Program-made: the position numbers and the translations under genes
Notes under the pieces: model-generated
The model's input: only the letters and a program-made list of their open reading frames with translations
Told to the model about the DNA's origin: nothing
Databases searched by the model: none
From: Sedimentisphaerales bacterium
Lineage (GTDB): Bacteria > Planctomycetota > Phycisphaerae > Sedimentisphaerales > Anaerobacaceae
DNA length: 64,000 nucleotides
Direction: 5' to 3'
NCBI GenBank assembly: GCA_963708075.1
Contig: OY970194.1
Coordinates: 6,752,001 to 6,816,000, forward strand
In this document: in pieces, positions 40,501 to 51,153 of the stretch
Layout: each line of letters begins with the position of its first letter
Position numbering within the stretch: position 1 is the first letter of the stretch

Positions 40501-40928
40501 GCCACGCTGAGATCGTCGCCGTAACCTCCGACATACAGTGTGCTTCCATTCAAGCCGATGAACATGGCGAGGCTGGTACCCTCCGACCCATAGGCGGCGA
40601 TCCACCGGTAACCCGACGCGACAGTATTCGTCTTGCCCCACCCGCACAGCGAGCGCGGCGACTTGCCCGAGGGCCAGCCCGCGGGATTGCCGAAATCGAC
40701 GTAGTCGTCGACGCCATCGAAGTCCAGTCCGCCGCCCATGCCGTCCATGCCGACTGTCCAGGTCGGACCGCCGATCAGGGTGCCGTTGAAGCCGTTGCCG
40801 CTGGAGTCACTGGCCACTGTACCCGACCCGTCATCCAGCTTCCAGTGCGCTATCAGTTTCGCCGGGGCGACGCTCGTTAGCCCCAACACCAGACACAGGG
40901 AGACTAAAAGAATCGATCGCTTGCACAT
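37599..40928 (-). CDS. Secreted multi-domain LamG/concanavalin-like protein (1109 aa)
   Basis: Signal peptide; two LamG modules (HWKLDDGSG...FDGVDDYV...WVHVAVTYDG...IDDVRLY); FN3-like YYWRVDE repeats; C-terminal ...YIDDIQVIKP. Confidence 0.85.
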   Translation of the reverse strand: MCKRSILLVSLCLVLGLTSVAPAKLIAHWKLDDGSGTVASDSSGNGFNGTLIGGPTWTVGMDGMGGGLDFDGVDDYVDFGNPAGWPSGKSPRSLCGWGKTNTVASGYRWIAAYGSEGTSLAMFIGLNGSTLYVGGYGDDLSVANAWQVGEWVHVAVTYDGSIAKAYVNGREAASMGKNWNLVLGRAHIGRQVNNYAEFWNGAIDDVRLYDHALKAAEVKALVPPKVKARDPNPANNSAGTFVGYFMWTPGETALFEDVYLGTTPDLTEANLLVAHQSAMFKFCLPKDPMVPGQRYYWRVDAIEATGTVHKGDVWSFFMTPEKAWAPKPADGAGYIDPNTVLEWSPGLNAFGHDVYFGTDRAAVEAGTGDTKKATDQPTFSYEPGTLTRGATYYWRVDEVVSGSRVTGEVWGFTIRPVPVKVDPNLVGWWKLDDEKSGTAVDYSGWDIYGELRGGPTWVEGCYGDALELDGNDDYVDLGNPQTWASGTSPRSMCGWARTDSIAPGWRWIASYGSPGVGTALFIGINGTDLYGGGYGAGADIFKANFWETDVWHHICVTYDGTTARLYADGIEVASAPKNWSLVPSRAHIGRQVNDIVEFWDGAVDDVRIFNKALTPEEVKQAMRGDPLLAWNPQPVVGANVDIRDAAMLSWSAGETAAQHDVYLGTDKAAVKAASASSPEYKGRQAGTSFASAGLVAFGGGQYFWRIDEVEADGTTVHKGSVWGFTVPDYLIVDEFEGYTNSSPFRVFQTWIDGWGFSPDDFFPTGDPGNTTGAMVGYDPTLGDIMETSIVHGGRQSMPVEYNNVITPYYSEIVRTWEAPQDWTLNGVTDLSLWFRGNPIAFADNGSVITMSASGNDIWNNADQFRFAFKRLTGDGSMTVKVNSILMTSSWTKAGVMIRDSLTAESPHATTVLTPGNGVSFPWRVFTGDASDQVNQAGLIAPYWARITRTGNTFKAEHSADGKTWSIVGTDATRSQHDITMNNSVYIGLCLTAQNAGAITIAEFSDVSTTGSVTGTWQVADIGVDHPGNDPGTFYVALQDNGGKLVVVNNPDANATVTSEWTQWKIPLSQFTGVNARTIKKMYIGVGDRKAPSVDGTGKLYIDDIQVIKP

Positions 40929-40943
40929 GAATGACCTCCTTCA

Positions 40944-41025
40944 GATTTGCGATTTACGATTTGCTATTTACGATTTTGGCGGACCAGAACGAGCGAGGCG
41001 CTCGTAAATCATCAATCGTAAATCA
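40944..41025. repeat. Inverted 7-bp repeat array (GATTTRC)
   Basis: gatttgc-gatttac-gatttgc-tatttac-gattttg ... gtaaatc-atcaatc-gtaaatc. Confidence 0.7.
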
Positions 41026-41188
41026 TAAAACTCTCATGGCCTCAACAGAACAGGATACCGCATCACCCGAGGCCATGCAAGGAGAAAATCCCAGTCCGGC
41101 ACCGGTAAATGCAGGGGGGCCCATGTCCCTGGAACACAGGCCCCTGGTAGGGGCGGATTTCAAAGTGATCTGCGATACAAAAGAGACA

Positions 41189-41222
41189 CCGGAGGCTCCG
41201 ACAGGGGTGTCGGAGCCTCCGG
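41189..41222 (-). terminator. Hairpin terminator after the PA14-LamG gene
   Basis: CCGGAGGCTCCGACA-GGGG-TGTCGGAGCCTCCGG perfect stem; TCTCTTTTG follows on the minus strand. Confidence 0.6.
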
Positions 41223-41269
41223 GTATGCGTCTCATTCAGAACATTGAACTTCGCCGAGGTCGGCCGCGA

Positions 41270-44200
41270 TTACGGTGTGACCGGTGCGGGCCGGCTCAGG
41301 CCGATGTCATCGATGTAAACCAGACCGTCGCCGCCTGCCACAGGCTTCTTGCGGTCGCCGACCCCGATGTACATCTTCTTTACAGACTTCATGTTCACGC
41401 CGGTGAAGGCTGTGAGCGGGATATTCCATGCGCTCCAACCCTCACTGAGCAGGATGTTGGCGTCCGGATGGACGACAACGGCGCTGCGGTTGTTCCAGTC
41501 CTGGACCACCACATACAGCGGCATGGCGTCCTCGTTGCTGCGCTGGGCGATGCCGATGTCCTCGACAGTCCAGGCGCCGGTGACGTTGCCGGTGGTGGCG
41601 ATATTGGAGAACTCGAACTCGCGGACCTGGTTGGCCGCGTGTGAGGTCACCGCGATGCCGATCATGACCGGGCCGGTCATGGTGACCGTCTGCGGCGTGC
41701 CCTGTTGGGCCCATGTGACGCCTTCATCGCGGGAGAAGTAGCCGGTGAAGGTATCCCCGACGCGTACCAGCTTGACCCAGACCGGCACAGCGACCTTCGG
41801 AGTCGGCGTGCTTTGCGATGCGGGATAGGTTGCGTCCGCCGTGACCCGCCACTGGAAGGTGAGGCCGCCGCCGTCGCCGCCTGTCGCGGCAACCATGGCA
41901 TTGACGGAGCCCGCCGTGTTATTTTGGCGGATCATGACGCCGCCCTTGGCCCAGCGATTCGTGCCGACGCCGTTGCTGTCCACACGGGCGATGATCGTAC
42001 CGTCGCCATTGAGGGTCTTGTAGGCATAGCGGAACTGATCGGCCGCATTCCAGATATCCGTGCCGGCGCCGCTGAGACTGAAGCTGCTTTCACTGGTCTT
42101 CACGAACTTGCGCGGATTGCCGTGGATGTGGAGGATGACGGCATTGACGTCCTCGATCGTCCAGTCCTGTGGCTCCGTCCAGGTCCGCTCGGTTCTCAGA
42201 GTAGTTCGGCGAGCCGGAGTTGGCATAGTACAGGGGCATGGACTGAGCGCCGCTGTGACGCTGTCCTCTCTCGGCGATGTCGCCGTTGTAGTAGGTGCTT
42301 TCCGGGGTCCAGATATCATGTCCGACGCCTGCGCCGGTGTTGTTGCCGGGATAGGCCTTGACGAAATCATCCTCGGAATAGCCGAAGCCATCGAGCCAGG
42401 TCTGGAATATCCTGTTCGGTGAGTCATTCTTGAAGCTCTCGAAATTCTCGATGATCAGCCAATCGGTGACTCTGAAGTTCCAGATGCGTCCCTTGACAAT
42501 CTCGCCGCTGGCCAGGACTTCGTCTACTCGCCAGTAGTACGTGTCGTTCCAGTCGAGAACCGGGTCAGGCGTGTAGCTGTTGGCGTCGACGCGACCACGA
42601 TAGATTCCCGCCGCATCCGACGCGTTGGCATCCTGCACCACCGTGGAATCAGTGCCGAGGTAGACGTCATGATGCACGGCGCCGTCGCCCGCCTGCCACG
42701 TGAGGGGCACCAGGTGCGGGGCATCGTCGACTCTGCCCACGGTCGGAGTCGGGTCCCATGCCTGCCTTGGATCGGTCCGCTCATAGAGATACTGGACCTC
42801 TTCCGGCGTCAGGGCCTTGTTGTACAGGCGGAAGTCATCCATGAGGCCATCGAAGCGGTAACTGCTGTAGACGCCGATCTGGAACAGGAGGGTCGCGACC
42901 GTATTCAGGGTCCTTGCCGCCGTGGCGACGACCGTGTTATTGGCATAACACGTGCTTGTCGTGCCGTCGTAGACCAGGACGAGATGCACCCAGGTATTCT
43001 GCGACGTGTAGGTGAAATCCTGATCGGCGCTATAGTACTGGATGCGCCACTGGTTGTTGCCGCCGCGTGTGCGAAGGCTGAAATTCTGCGAGGCGACGCG
43101 GGCGCCGGTCTCGAAGATGCCGCCCTCCTTGAAGTTGTGTGTATAGACCCACACGCTGACTGACTTTGGCTTGGCGCCGTCGATCCCCAGGTCCACGGCG
43201 TTCTTGCCGATATCGACGGTGTCGTCCATGCCATCGAACTCAAGGGCGCCGCCGGCCATGCCGGCCGCCGGTTGGAGGCCGCCATTGGTGCCGGCGCTAA
43301 TCGTGCCGTGGTAGCCATGTCCGGAGTAATCGACGGCCGTGCCCATGGCTTCGTCGAACTTCCACCAGCCGACCAGATTCGGATCGGCAATCGTCAGGGG
43401 CAGCGTCATGAACTTCCAGACCGGGCCGGGGACCTTATTGTTTGCCCCGTCGATCGCATCCACGCGCCAGTAGTAGATCGTGTCGCCTTTTAGCCCAACG
43501 GGGCTGAAGGCAGCCACCGGCGATGTGACCTTGAATGTGTCGCCGGTTCCCGCGATGACGTCGGCTTCGTTTTCGCCGAAGTACACGTCATACATAAACG
43601 CGTTCCTTCCCGGCTTCCATGTGAGCGTCGCATCCGTGAAAACACCGCGGGCATCATTGGCCGGTGTCGGGCCCCAGGCGCTCTCCAGTGGAGCCCTGAA
43701 GGACCACACGTCGCCTGTGTAAACCGTTGTGCCGTCGGACTCGACCTCGTCCACTCGCCAATAGTAGGTTGTGCCCGCCTGAAGCGCGGTCGGAATGACA
43801 TACATCGAGGTCGCCGCCGCCGTAGCCGGGAGCTGCACGATGAACGGGAGATTGGGCTCGGTCCCGAAGTACAGCTTGTGCCATGTCGCCGTCACGCCCT
43901 TGGTCCAGGTCATGATCGCGATGATCTGGCCGAGTTCTCCGTTGACGGGCGAGGGATTGGTGGCTTTCAGGTCGCCCGGCCGGATCCAGGGGGACAGATA
44001 GGTGCCGGCGATGATCGTCTGGGTCGTGCCGATGACCGGCCCGCTCCACGCGACGCGCAGGCGGTCGCCGCCTGAGCCATCTCTGTGCAGTGCCTCGATG
44101 TAGTACTTTTTGCCTGCCTTCAGGGTGACGGCGGCGGACTTCTGCTCTGGGAACTTTGTCCACTCGGTCGCGCCGCTGTAGCCGGTGACTTGGCTGATCA

Positions 44201-44558
44201 TGCCCCTGTTGGCCGGATTCTCATCCGTGCTCAGCCACAACTGACTCTGGTCGTCGCTGGTGATCCAGAAGGTGTAGTCGCCGTCGGCCGGCGGGTGGAC
44301 ATAGCCGCGGACTCGGGTCACATAGTACTCGGCCCGGCCGTCTATGCCATCGAAACTCGTCCGCCACTGGCTGACGGTGGGGTTATCCGGATATCTCCAG
44401 AGTCGCCCGTCCGTGATTTGGGCCATATTGGTGGCACTTCTGGCGCCGTCGAACCATTCAAACAGGATATTGCCCTTGCCGATGTCGGCGGCCAAGATCG
44501 GACCGGCCGACCACAGGATGACGAGGGCAATAACGATGTGCTGCCATTTCTTGCTCAT
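41270..44558 (-). CDS. Secreted PA14 + LamG multi-domain protein (frameshift ~42194)
   Basis: RBS GAGGAGG; signal peptide; PA14 GDYTFWITSDDQSQLWLS...GKKYYIEALH; LamG; C-terminus continues TERTWTEPQDWT...YIDDIGL in the next frame. Confidence 0.85.
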
Positions 44559-45046
44559 AGAATCCTCCTCGATGGAAAGGATAAGCGAATTCCCTGGTTC
44601 CGCGCAGGGCGCCTGTACGGGCGAATCATCATTCGCCCCTACTCCCCGCGGCTGCAGGATAATAAGAAGGGAGGAAGGAAAGAGGGTAGGAAGGTCGGAG
44701 TGCCTCAAGTAGATCCTACCTTCTTACGTTCTTCGCTTCTTACCTTCTCTCTCCCGCCGGGGGCTGTCTCTTACTGAGACCACAGAAGACAATGTGCCGA
44801 ATTTCACAGATCAGCGAGTTGTCACGCGCAAGCAACTTGTCGTCGGGTTACCTCCTTTCTGTCCGTGCGGGCGAATCACCATTCGCCCCTACCATAGACA
44901 TGTCCAATGAAAGATGAAAGAAGCCTCCGGCAGTGCATACGGTCGTGCAGCTTCTTTCCTCGGTACCCTGCAACTGGATCGCTCAAAGGAGTGCAACCAC
45001 CCACCTGTCCTGCGTGGGTGACTACCCACGATCCAACCTGAAATAG

Positions 45047-45075
45047 GTTATACCACCAGGAAAGGGACGTGTCAA
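45047..45075 (-). promoter_or_regulatory. Sigma-70 promoter with extended -10
   Basis: TTGACA-N17-TATAAC with TG before the -10; ~480 nt upstream of the PA14-LamG start. Confidence 0.7.
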
Positions 45076-45189
45076 TCGCCATTTCCCATCGGTTTGGAGA
45101 CGATGACGGCCTGCGCCCGAAGGCACAGGCCGTCGTACGATCTGCGCGTTGCCACTTGCCGCCGGAAAGCGACGGCCAGTCATAAGTCC

Positions 45190-45330
45190 TTACGGCCTGA
45201 TGATCCGGATATCATCGATGAACAGCATTCCGCTGCCGTCGGCCGCCGGCGATCACCATCGTGGCGCCACCCTTAGCCCACCGATTGGACTGCGTGCCGT
45301 TGCCGGAGCCCGTACAGATGGACACCGTCC
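45190..45330 (-). pseudogene. Collapsed remnant of another LamG-family paralog
   Basis: Fragments NGTQSNRWAKGG and DGSGMLFIDDIRIIRP* match internal and C-terminal motifs of the neighbouring paralogs. Confidence 0.55.
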
Positions 45331-45433
45331 AAAACACATCGGGGCCCGCAGGATCATCTGCAGGCCCCGATGGCTGATTTCGAATTCCGCGCAGGGGCGA
45401 ATGATGATTCACCCGTACAGCGCCGGTGGCGTC

Positions 45434-48400
45434 TTAACGGTCGCCGGCGAGATAGCGGACCTCGGATTCGGACAAGGCGCGGTTGTAGATGCGGAAGTCA
45501 TCCAGGACGCCGTTGAAGAACGGATCGACCGCATATTGCGAGCGGCCCAGCCAGTTCTGGGTGGTGACGCCCAGGTCCTTCGGCAGCAGTGTTGTTGCCC
45601 CGGTGTCGACCAACAAGCCGTCCTGGTACAGACGCAAAGTCATACTCGCACCGTCGATCACGATCGCCAGGTGATGCCAACCCGTGCCAAGTGCCAAGGA
45701 ACTGGTCACCTGCTGCTCACCCACGGTGGCTGTCTGGATGGCAAAGCGGGGGGTCAGGCCGGTACTGGGCGTCAGGAACATGTAGTTGGTTTCGCCTGTG
45801 CCGAAATCGAAAACCCGCTGCCAGGCGCCGCCGATGCTGGAGTCGTTCACCCACGCGGCGAATGTCGAGCTGGTCAGCGTACTGAGCAAGGAGCCTACGG
45901 GCACCTCCACATGGTCGTTCGTCCCGTCGAACTGCAGACCCTTGCCCATGCCGGGCGGACCTTGCAGATACCCGGGATCGCCGGAGGTGGTGCCATGGTG
46001 GCCCTTGCCGGAACTGTCCTGCACGTTGCCTTCCATCGAGTACAGCAGCACGAGACCATTGGTTCCGGGATCGGTGGCCGTGGCTACCTGCGGAGGCGTG
46101 GCATAGAGCCGGATGTCATCGATGAAGATGGTCCCGGTCCCACCGCCATCACCGATGCCGATGGTGAGCGTCTTGACGCTCTTGAGGTTCGCGCCTGCCA
46201 CACTCGAAAGGGCAACATTCCACTGCTTCCACACCGGAAACGCCGTGCTGGCAGCGCCGCCATTGTAGGACACCTTCGTGCCGTTGATCTTCGCGTAGAG
46301 CGGGGCGGCGACATTGTTGGCATCCCCGCGGAACCAGATCACCAGCGTGGTGATCCCGTGCTTGCTCCAGTCCTGAGGCGTGGCAAACGTTCGCTCGGCC
46401 TCGGAGTTGGCTGTGCCGGAGTTGTCATAGTACAGCGGCATCGACTGCCTGCCGCCGTGAATGAGAGTCGTCTCCATGACATTGCCGGCCTGAGGATCGT
46501 AACCGACGAGTGAGCCGGTACTGTTGCCGGAGTGCCCGGTTGGGAAGAAATCGTCCGGCGAGAAGCCTGCGCCGTCGATCCATGTCTGGAAGATTCTCAG
46601 TGGTGAGTCGTTCGTGTAGCCCTCGAAGTCGTCCACGACGATGTACTCGGCAGTGGAGAAACTCCAGACTTCACTCGGCCACTTCGTCGGGGTCTCGGCC
46701 TCGTTGACCTCCGTCACTTTCCAGAAGTACTGCTGCGCCAGATCCACAGCCACGTCATAGCTTGACTCGGAGAGCCTGACCGCGGCGCCGCCGCCGTCCG
46801 TCACCGCCTGCTGGTCGGTGCTCAGGTACAGATCATGGGAAGCGGCCTCCCGTCCAGGCCGCCAGCTCAGGGTCACCTGCGGGTGCAGGTCCGTGGCATT
46901 GCTTACCGGCTTGGGCTCTCTGGCCGACACGGGGACATAGAAGAAGCGAACCTCGCTCAAGCCATACTGAACCATCCCCTCGCCCCAGTTGCTGTTGATA
47001 GTCAGTTTGACATACCTGGCCATGGCGCCGGCCAAATCAACAGTGGTGTTCGAGGTGTAATCGTCCATGCCCGTGGCTTGGGCGAATTCGGAGTTGCCCA
47101 GCGTGGTCCAGGTGGCCGCATCCGAGGAGTACTCGATCGTGACGTCTTTGGCACCCAGGCCGAAATCGGGTTCCACGATCTGGTTCGAGTTCCAGACCTG
47201 CATTTCGTGCAGCTTGTACGGCTTATCGAATTCGTACTGGATCCAGGTCGGTTGCGGCCCACCCCGCTTGCTCAACCACATGGTCTTGCCGATGGTGGAG
47301 TGCTGACCGTCGGCATTGAGGCCGGAGCCATCCACCGTCTTCTCCGGACCTGTGTCCTTGCTGCTTGCGCTGGAGGCCGTGGCTGTGACGCCCTGGATGG
47401 GATAACCATAAGGCTCGATGGTGAAGCTCCATAGGACGCCCGGATCGACAGTCGTGCCATCCGCCCTCACCTCATCCACTCGCCAATAGTAGGTCTTGCC
47501 GTACTCGAGCAGGCCGGCATCATACGTGTTGGCGTCCTGGCGCTGACCGACCAGCGGAATTGCAGCGGCATCCGTCCCGAAGTACACATCATGTGTCGCC
47601 GCCGTCGTGGCGGGTGTCCAGCTCAGTACCGTACCTGTCCCTCGCACTACGTCCGTAGCTCCGCCGCCCGGGACGGGGTTGTAGGCCTTGTTGGGCGGGA
47701 CCACAAATGGCCCGTCCACACTGAAGTCATCGAACGCCACGTACCCGGTATTTGCACTGTACATGCAGTGCGCCAGTCCAACCTGCACGGCCAGTCCGTC
47801 CATGTCGTCCCGGTCGACAGGAGAGTCCGGGACCTCGGTCCACACGACTCCGTCGAAGCTTCTTCGGCAATGGAAGGTATTGCCGACGCGCTCGATCTGA
47901 AGGTAGCGAGCGCAGTTGTACCCGTCGCCGGTGCCTGGGCCTTCGTCCTCAGCGCCGTTGTCGATGCTGCGACGCAAGTTGGCCGACCAGGTCGGGAAAT
48001 AGTGCACCGACACGAAGTCTTCCCCTGCGCCGGCGTCATCAAGATTGGCGACCCTGGCCATCAGGAAGGAATCCGTGTGTTCTGTCCTGGCACTGGCGCT
48101 GCCGGCCAACCCCGGGAAGTCGGTGACACGGACCGTTGCCACGAAATCGCCCGCGACAACTTTGTACAGGAATGGTCCCACGGGAGAGAACGCGCCCTCC
48201 CAGAACGAGTTCCTCGATTGCAGGAACAGTGATCCGGGCCGGTCCTTGGAGGCGTTGAGGGCATCGACCGTCTGGTTGGGGCCTTTTCCCAGGAAGCCGT
48301 CCCAGCCGGTGCCCTCGACACCCTCGGTAAGATAATCGCGGGCGGTGTCAAAGCCGTCGCTGAATACCGCGGCCTGCACCATGCCGCCCAGGCTTAGAAT

Positions 48401-48439
48401 CGCGGCGATACAGGTTCCGTAAATCAGTCTCTTGCACAT
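45434..48439 (-). CDS. Secreted multi-domain protein: ~190-aa lectin-like repeat domain + F5/8 (discoidin) + LamG (1001 aa)
   Basis: Signal peptide; ATASS...GPEKTVDGSGL...WIQYEFDKPYKLHEMQVWNSNQ...YGLSEVRF; WQRVFDFGTG...LDDFRIYNRALS. Confidence 0.85.
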   Translation of the reverse strand: MCKRLIYGTCIAAILSLGGMVQAAVFSDGFDTARDYLTEGVEGTGWDGFLGKGPNQTVDALNASKDRPGSLFLQSRNSFWEGAFSPVGPFLYKVVAGDFVATVRVTDFPGLAGSASARTEHTDSFLMARVANLDDAGAGEDFVSVHYFPTWSANLRRSIDNGAEDEGPGTGDGYNCARYLQIERVGNTFHCRRSFDGVVWTEVPDSPVDRDDMDGLAVQVGLAHCMYSANTGYVAFDDFSVDGPFVVPPNKAYNPVPGGGATDVVRGTGTVLSWTPATTAATHDVYFGTDAAAIPLVGQRQDANTYDAGLLEYGKTYYWRVDEVRADGTTVDPGVLWSFTIEPYGYPIQGVTATASSASSKDTGPEKTVDGSGLNADGQHSTIGKTMWLSKRGGPQPTWIQYEFDKPYKLHEMQVWNSNQIVEPDFGLGAKDVTIEYSSDAATWTTLGNSEFAQATGMDDYTSNTTVDLAGAMARYVKLTINSNWGEGMVQYGLSEVRFFYVPVSAREPKPVSNATDLHPQVTLSWRPGREAASHDLYLSTDQQAVTDGGGAAVRLSESSYDVAVDLAQQYFWKVTEVNEAETPTKWPSEVWSFSTAEYIVVDDFEGYTNDSPLRIFQTWIDGAGFSPDDFFPTGHSGNSTGSLVGYDPQAGNVMETTLIHGGRQSMPLYYDNSGTANSEAERTFATPQDWSKHGITTLVIWFRGDANNVAAPLYAKINGTKVSYNGGAASTAFPVWKQWNVALSSVAGANLKSVKTLTIGIGDGGGTGTIFIDDIRLYATPPQVATATDPGTNGLVLLYSMEGNVQDSSGKGHHGTTSGDPGYLQGPPGMGKGLQFDGTNDHVEVPVGSLLSTLTSSTFAAWVNDSSIGGAWQRVFDFGTGETNYMFLTPSTGLTPRFAIQTATVGEQQVTSSLALGTGWHHLAIVIDGASMTLRLYQDGLLVDTGATTLLPKDLGVTTQNWLGRSQYAVDPFFNGVLDDFRIYNRALSESEVRYLAGDR

Positions 48440-48508
48440 ATCTGCCTTCCTTTAAATCTCGCCCTGTTGTGTTGCTTTGTCTCGACTCAAGAGCCGACTG
48501 TGAGAAAG

Positions 48509-48540
48509 CCCCGGCTCTCGTGGGTTCACGGGAGCCGGGG
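48509..48540 (-). terminator. Hairpin (terminator/attenuator) between repeat-protein and LamG genes
   Basis: CCCCGGCTCTCGTG-GGTT-CACGGGAGCCGGGG with CTTTCT on the minus side. Confidence 0.5.
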
Positions 48541-48562
48541 TCACACTTGGCAACCGGAGAAA

Positions 48563-50904
48563 TTACGGCTGGGAAGTCACGATGCTGAAGTCATCGAACG
48601 CGGCGTAGCCGACGCTGTCGGAGAACGTCGCTTGAGCCAGTCCAACCTGCACGGACAGACCGTCGAAGTCCTTGCGGACGAATGGATCGCCCATGTCCTC
48701 CCAGGTCTGGCCGTCTGCGCTGATGCGTGCGAAGAAGGTGTTGTCCTTGCGCTCCAACTGGAGGTACTTGTACGCGTTCCATCCCTTGCCGTTGTTGCGG
48801 GGTTCGGCGCGACTGCCGTCATCGGCGGTGCGCACCATGTTGCCGCAATTCCAGATGGGGAAGTAGTCCACGGAGATCCAGTCCTCGCCCACTCCGGCGT
48901 CGGCGTCGGTCACGTTGCGCGCCATCAGGCCGCAGCTATTGTGGTAGACCCAGGCGTCGGAAGTGCCGGCATAGTCGGCGATCTTCACCGTGGCGACGAA
49001 ATCGCCCGAAATGACCTTATAGAGGAAGGGCCCCAGCGGCTTCCAGGGCTCGGCCCAGGCCGCATTGACCGACTCGAGGTAAAGCTGGCCCTCCCGACTC
49101 ACGGATGCGTCGGCGACGCCGTTGACGTCGTTGATATCGCCGGCCAGACCGTCATAGTTTGTCCCCGTGACGCCGTCGGCCACAAAATCGTGAATGGCGG
49201 CGAAATCGTCCTGGAAGCTGCTGGTCTGGAGCACGAAGTTGTCGAACGCGGCATAGCCTGTGCTGTCGGAGAAGGTCGAGTGGGCCAGTCCGACCTGCAC
49301 GGGCAGATCGTTGAAGTCCTCGCGGACGAACGGATCGCCCATGTTTTCCCACGTCAGGCCGTCTGCGCTGATGCGGGCGAAGAAGGTGTTGCCTTTGCGT
49401 TCCAACTGGAGGAACTTGTAGGCGTTCCAGCCCTTGCCGTTATTGCGAGGTTCGGCACGGGCGCCGTCATCGGCGGTGCGCACCATGTTGCCGCAACTCC
49501 AGATGGGGAAGTAGTCCACAGAGATCCAGTCTTCGCCCGCTCCGGCATCGGCGCTGGCCACGTTGCGTGCCATCAGGCCGGCGTTGTTGTGATAGACCCA
49601 GGCGGCCGATGTGCCGGCATAGTCGCTGACCTGGACTGTGGCGATGAAGTCACCCTCGACCACTTTGTACAGGAACGGCCCAAGCGGGTTCCACGGCTCG
49701 GCCCAGACGGCGTTGGTCGATTTGAGATAGAGCTGGCCGGGATGATTGGCATCGGCCGTCGTGATCGCATCGGCTGTCTGGTTTGCATCCGAACCGACAA
49801 AGCCGTCCCAGAACGTGCCCGCGACACCTTCCGTCAGGAAGTCATGTGTGGCGTCGAAGCTCTCTGTCACCGGGAACATGGTGGCCACGATCGGTGCGCC
49901 GGCCACGAAGGACCAGACGTCGCCTGTAGTGATCTCACCTTTCGCTCGTATCTCGTCCACTCGCCAGTAATAGGTCTTTCCTCGTTCCAGCTCACCCTCC
50001 ACGAGGTAGGTGGTCTCCGTCTGCATGCTCATCGACTCGAGGTTGTTTGGATCGGCGCCGAAGAAGACCTCGTGGCCCAGGACATTGTCGCCGGCGGTCC
50101 ACTCCAGTGTCACCGTTCCCACCACGCGGGCTCCATCTTCCGGACTCTTGATGACAGCTTTGAGCTGGGCAAAGGACTCGACGCGGAAGTCGTCAAACGC
50201 CGCATAGGCGACAGCGTCGGAGTACGCGGTCTGGAAGAGCCCAACCTGAACCGGGATGCCGGCCAGGTCCTTGCGCACGAACGGGTCGCACAGTTGCTCC
50301 CAGGTCTGCCCGTCTGCGCTTTGACGGGCGTAGAACGTGTCGCCCTTGCGTTCCAACTGGAGGTATTTTCCGGCATTCCAGGCCAGATGATTGTTACAGG
50401 GCTCCGTGCGGGCGCCGTCATCGGCCATGCGAACCATGTTGCCGCAGCCCCAGATCGGGAAGTAGTCTACGGAAATCCAGTCCTCGCCGGCCCCGGCGTC
50501 CTCGGGGATGGCCCTGGCCAATAACCCGCAGTTGTTGTGATAGACCGGGGCGGCCTCGGTTCCCGCGTAATCGGTGACTTCCACCGTGGCGATGAAGTCA
50601 CCCTCGACCAGCTTGAACAGGAAGGGCGGCATCGCGTCCCACGGTGGCGCAAGTTCGCGCCGGCCGACTCCAGGTACAGTTGCCCGGTTCTGGCGACCGA
50701 GGCGTTGATCGCATTGACCTTCTCGCCGGCGCCCAGGCCAAGGAACCCGTCCCAGCCCGTCTCGGCCACACCGGCGGTGAGGTAATCGTGGGCCGTATCG
50801 AAGCTGTCACTGAACACCGCACCCTGTACGGGCGAAACATCTTTCGCCACTACGGTCACCAGGATCAGGGCGCCACAAAACAGGTACATCGCATTTCTGC
50901 ACAT
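48563..50904 (-). CDS. Secreted protein with three ~190-aa repeats (concanavalin/DUF1349-like) and one FN3-like module; frameshift ~50650
   Basis: RBS AAGGAGGAG; signal peptide; 3x [FD..HD...GV..T.WDG...PFL.K...GDF.ATV...GEDWISVDYFPIW.CGNMVR.ADDG...LQLERK...AAFDDF]. Confidence 0.8.
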
Positions 50905-51153
50905 GCTTCTCCTCCTTCTATAAAGTACGGTTGATGTTGCGGGCATCGGCAACGCCCGAAATGTACTTATTTACCTGCCTCTGTGACATGACCAGAAATG
51001 AAACGATTGTGCCTCCGTCCCAGGCAACTTGGCCGTTGGACCGGCGAACTCACCTCCTTTCCATGAGAACGCTCTGCCTCCAACCAATAAAACAACGCCG
51101 GCTGTTCGATAAGGAAGCAGCCGGTGCTCCAGGCGAAACGGTCCGCCTGTCTG

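Noticed and set aside
34625..40880. Long antisense ORFs (931 aa at 34625-37420; 1052 aa at 37722-40880) and similar ones elsewhere
   Set aside because: Typical GC-rich shadow frames opposite well-supported genes
48563..50640. Near-identical DNA repeats as DGR template/variable repeats or a CRISPR array
   Set aside because: They are in-frame domain duplications; there is no reverse transcriptase, no evident adenine-specific variation and no repeat-spacer periodicity
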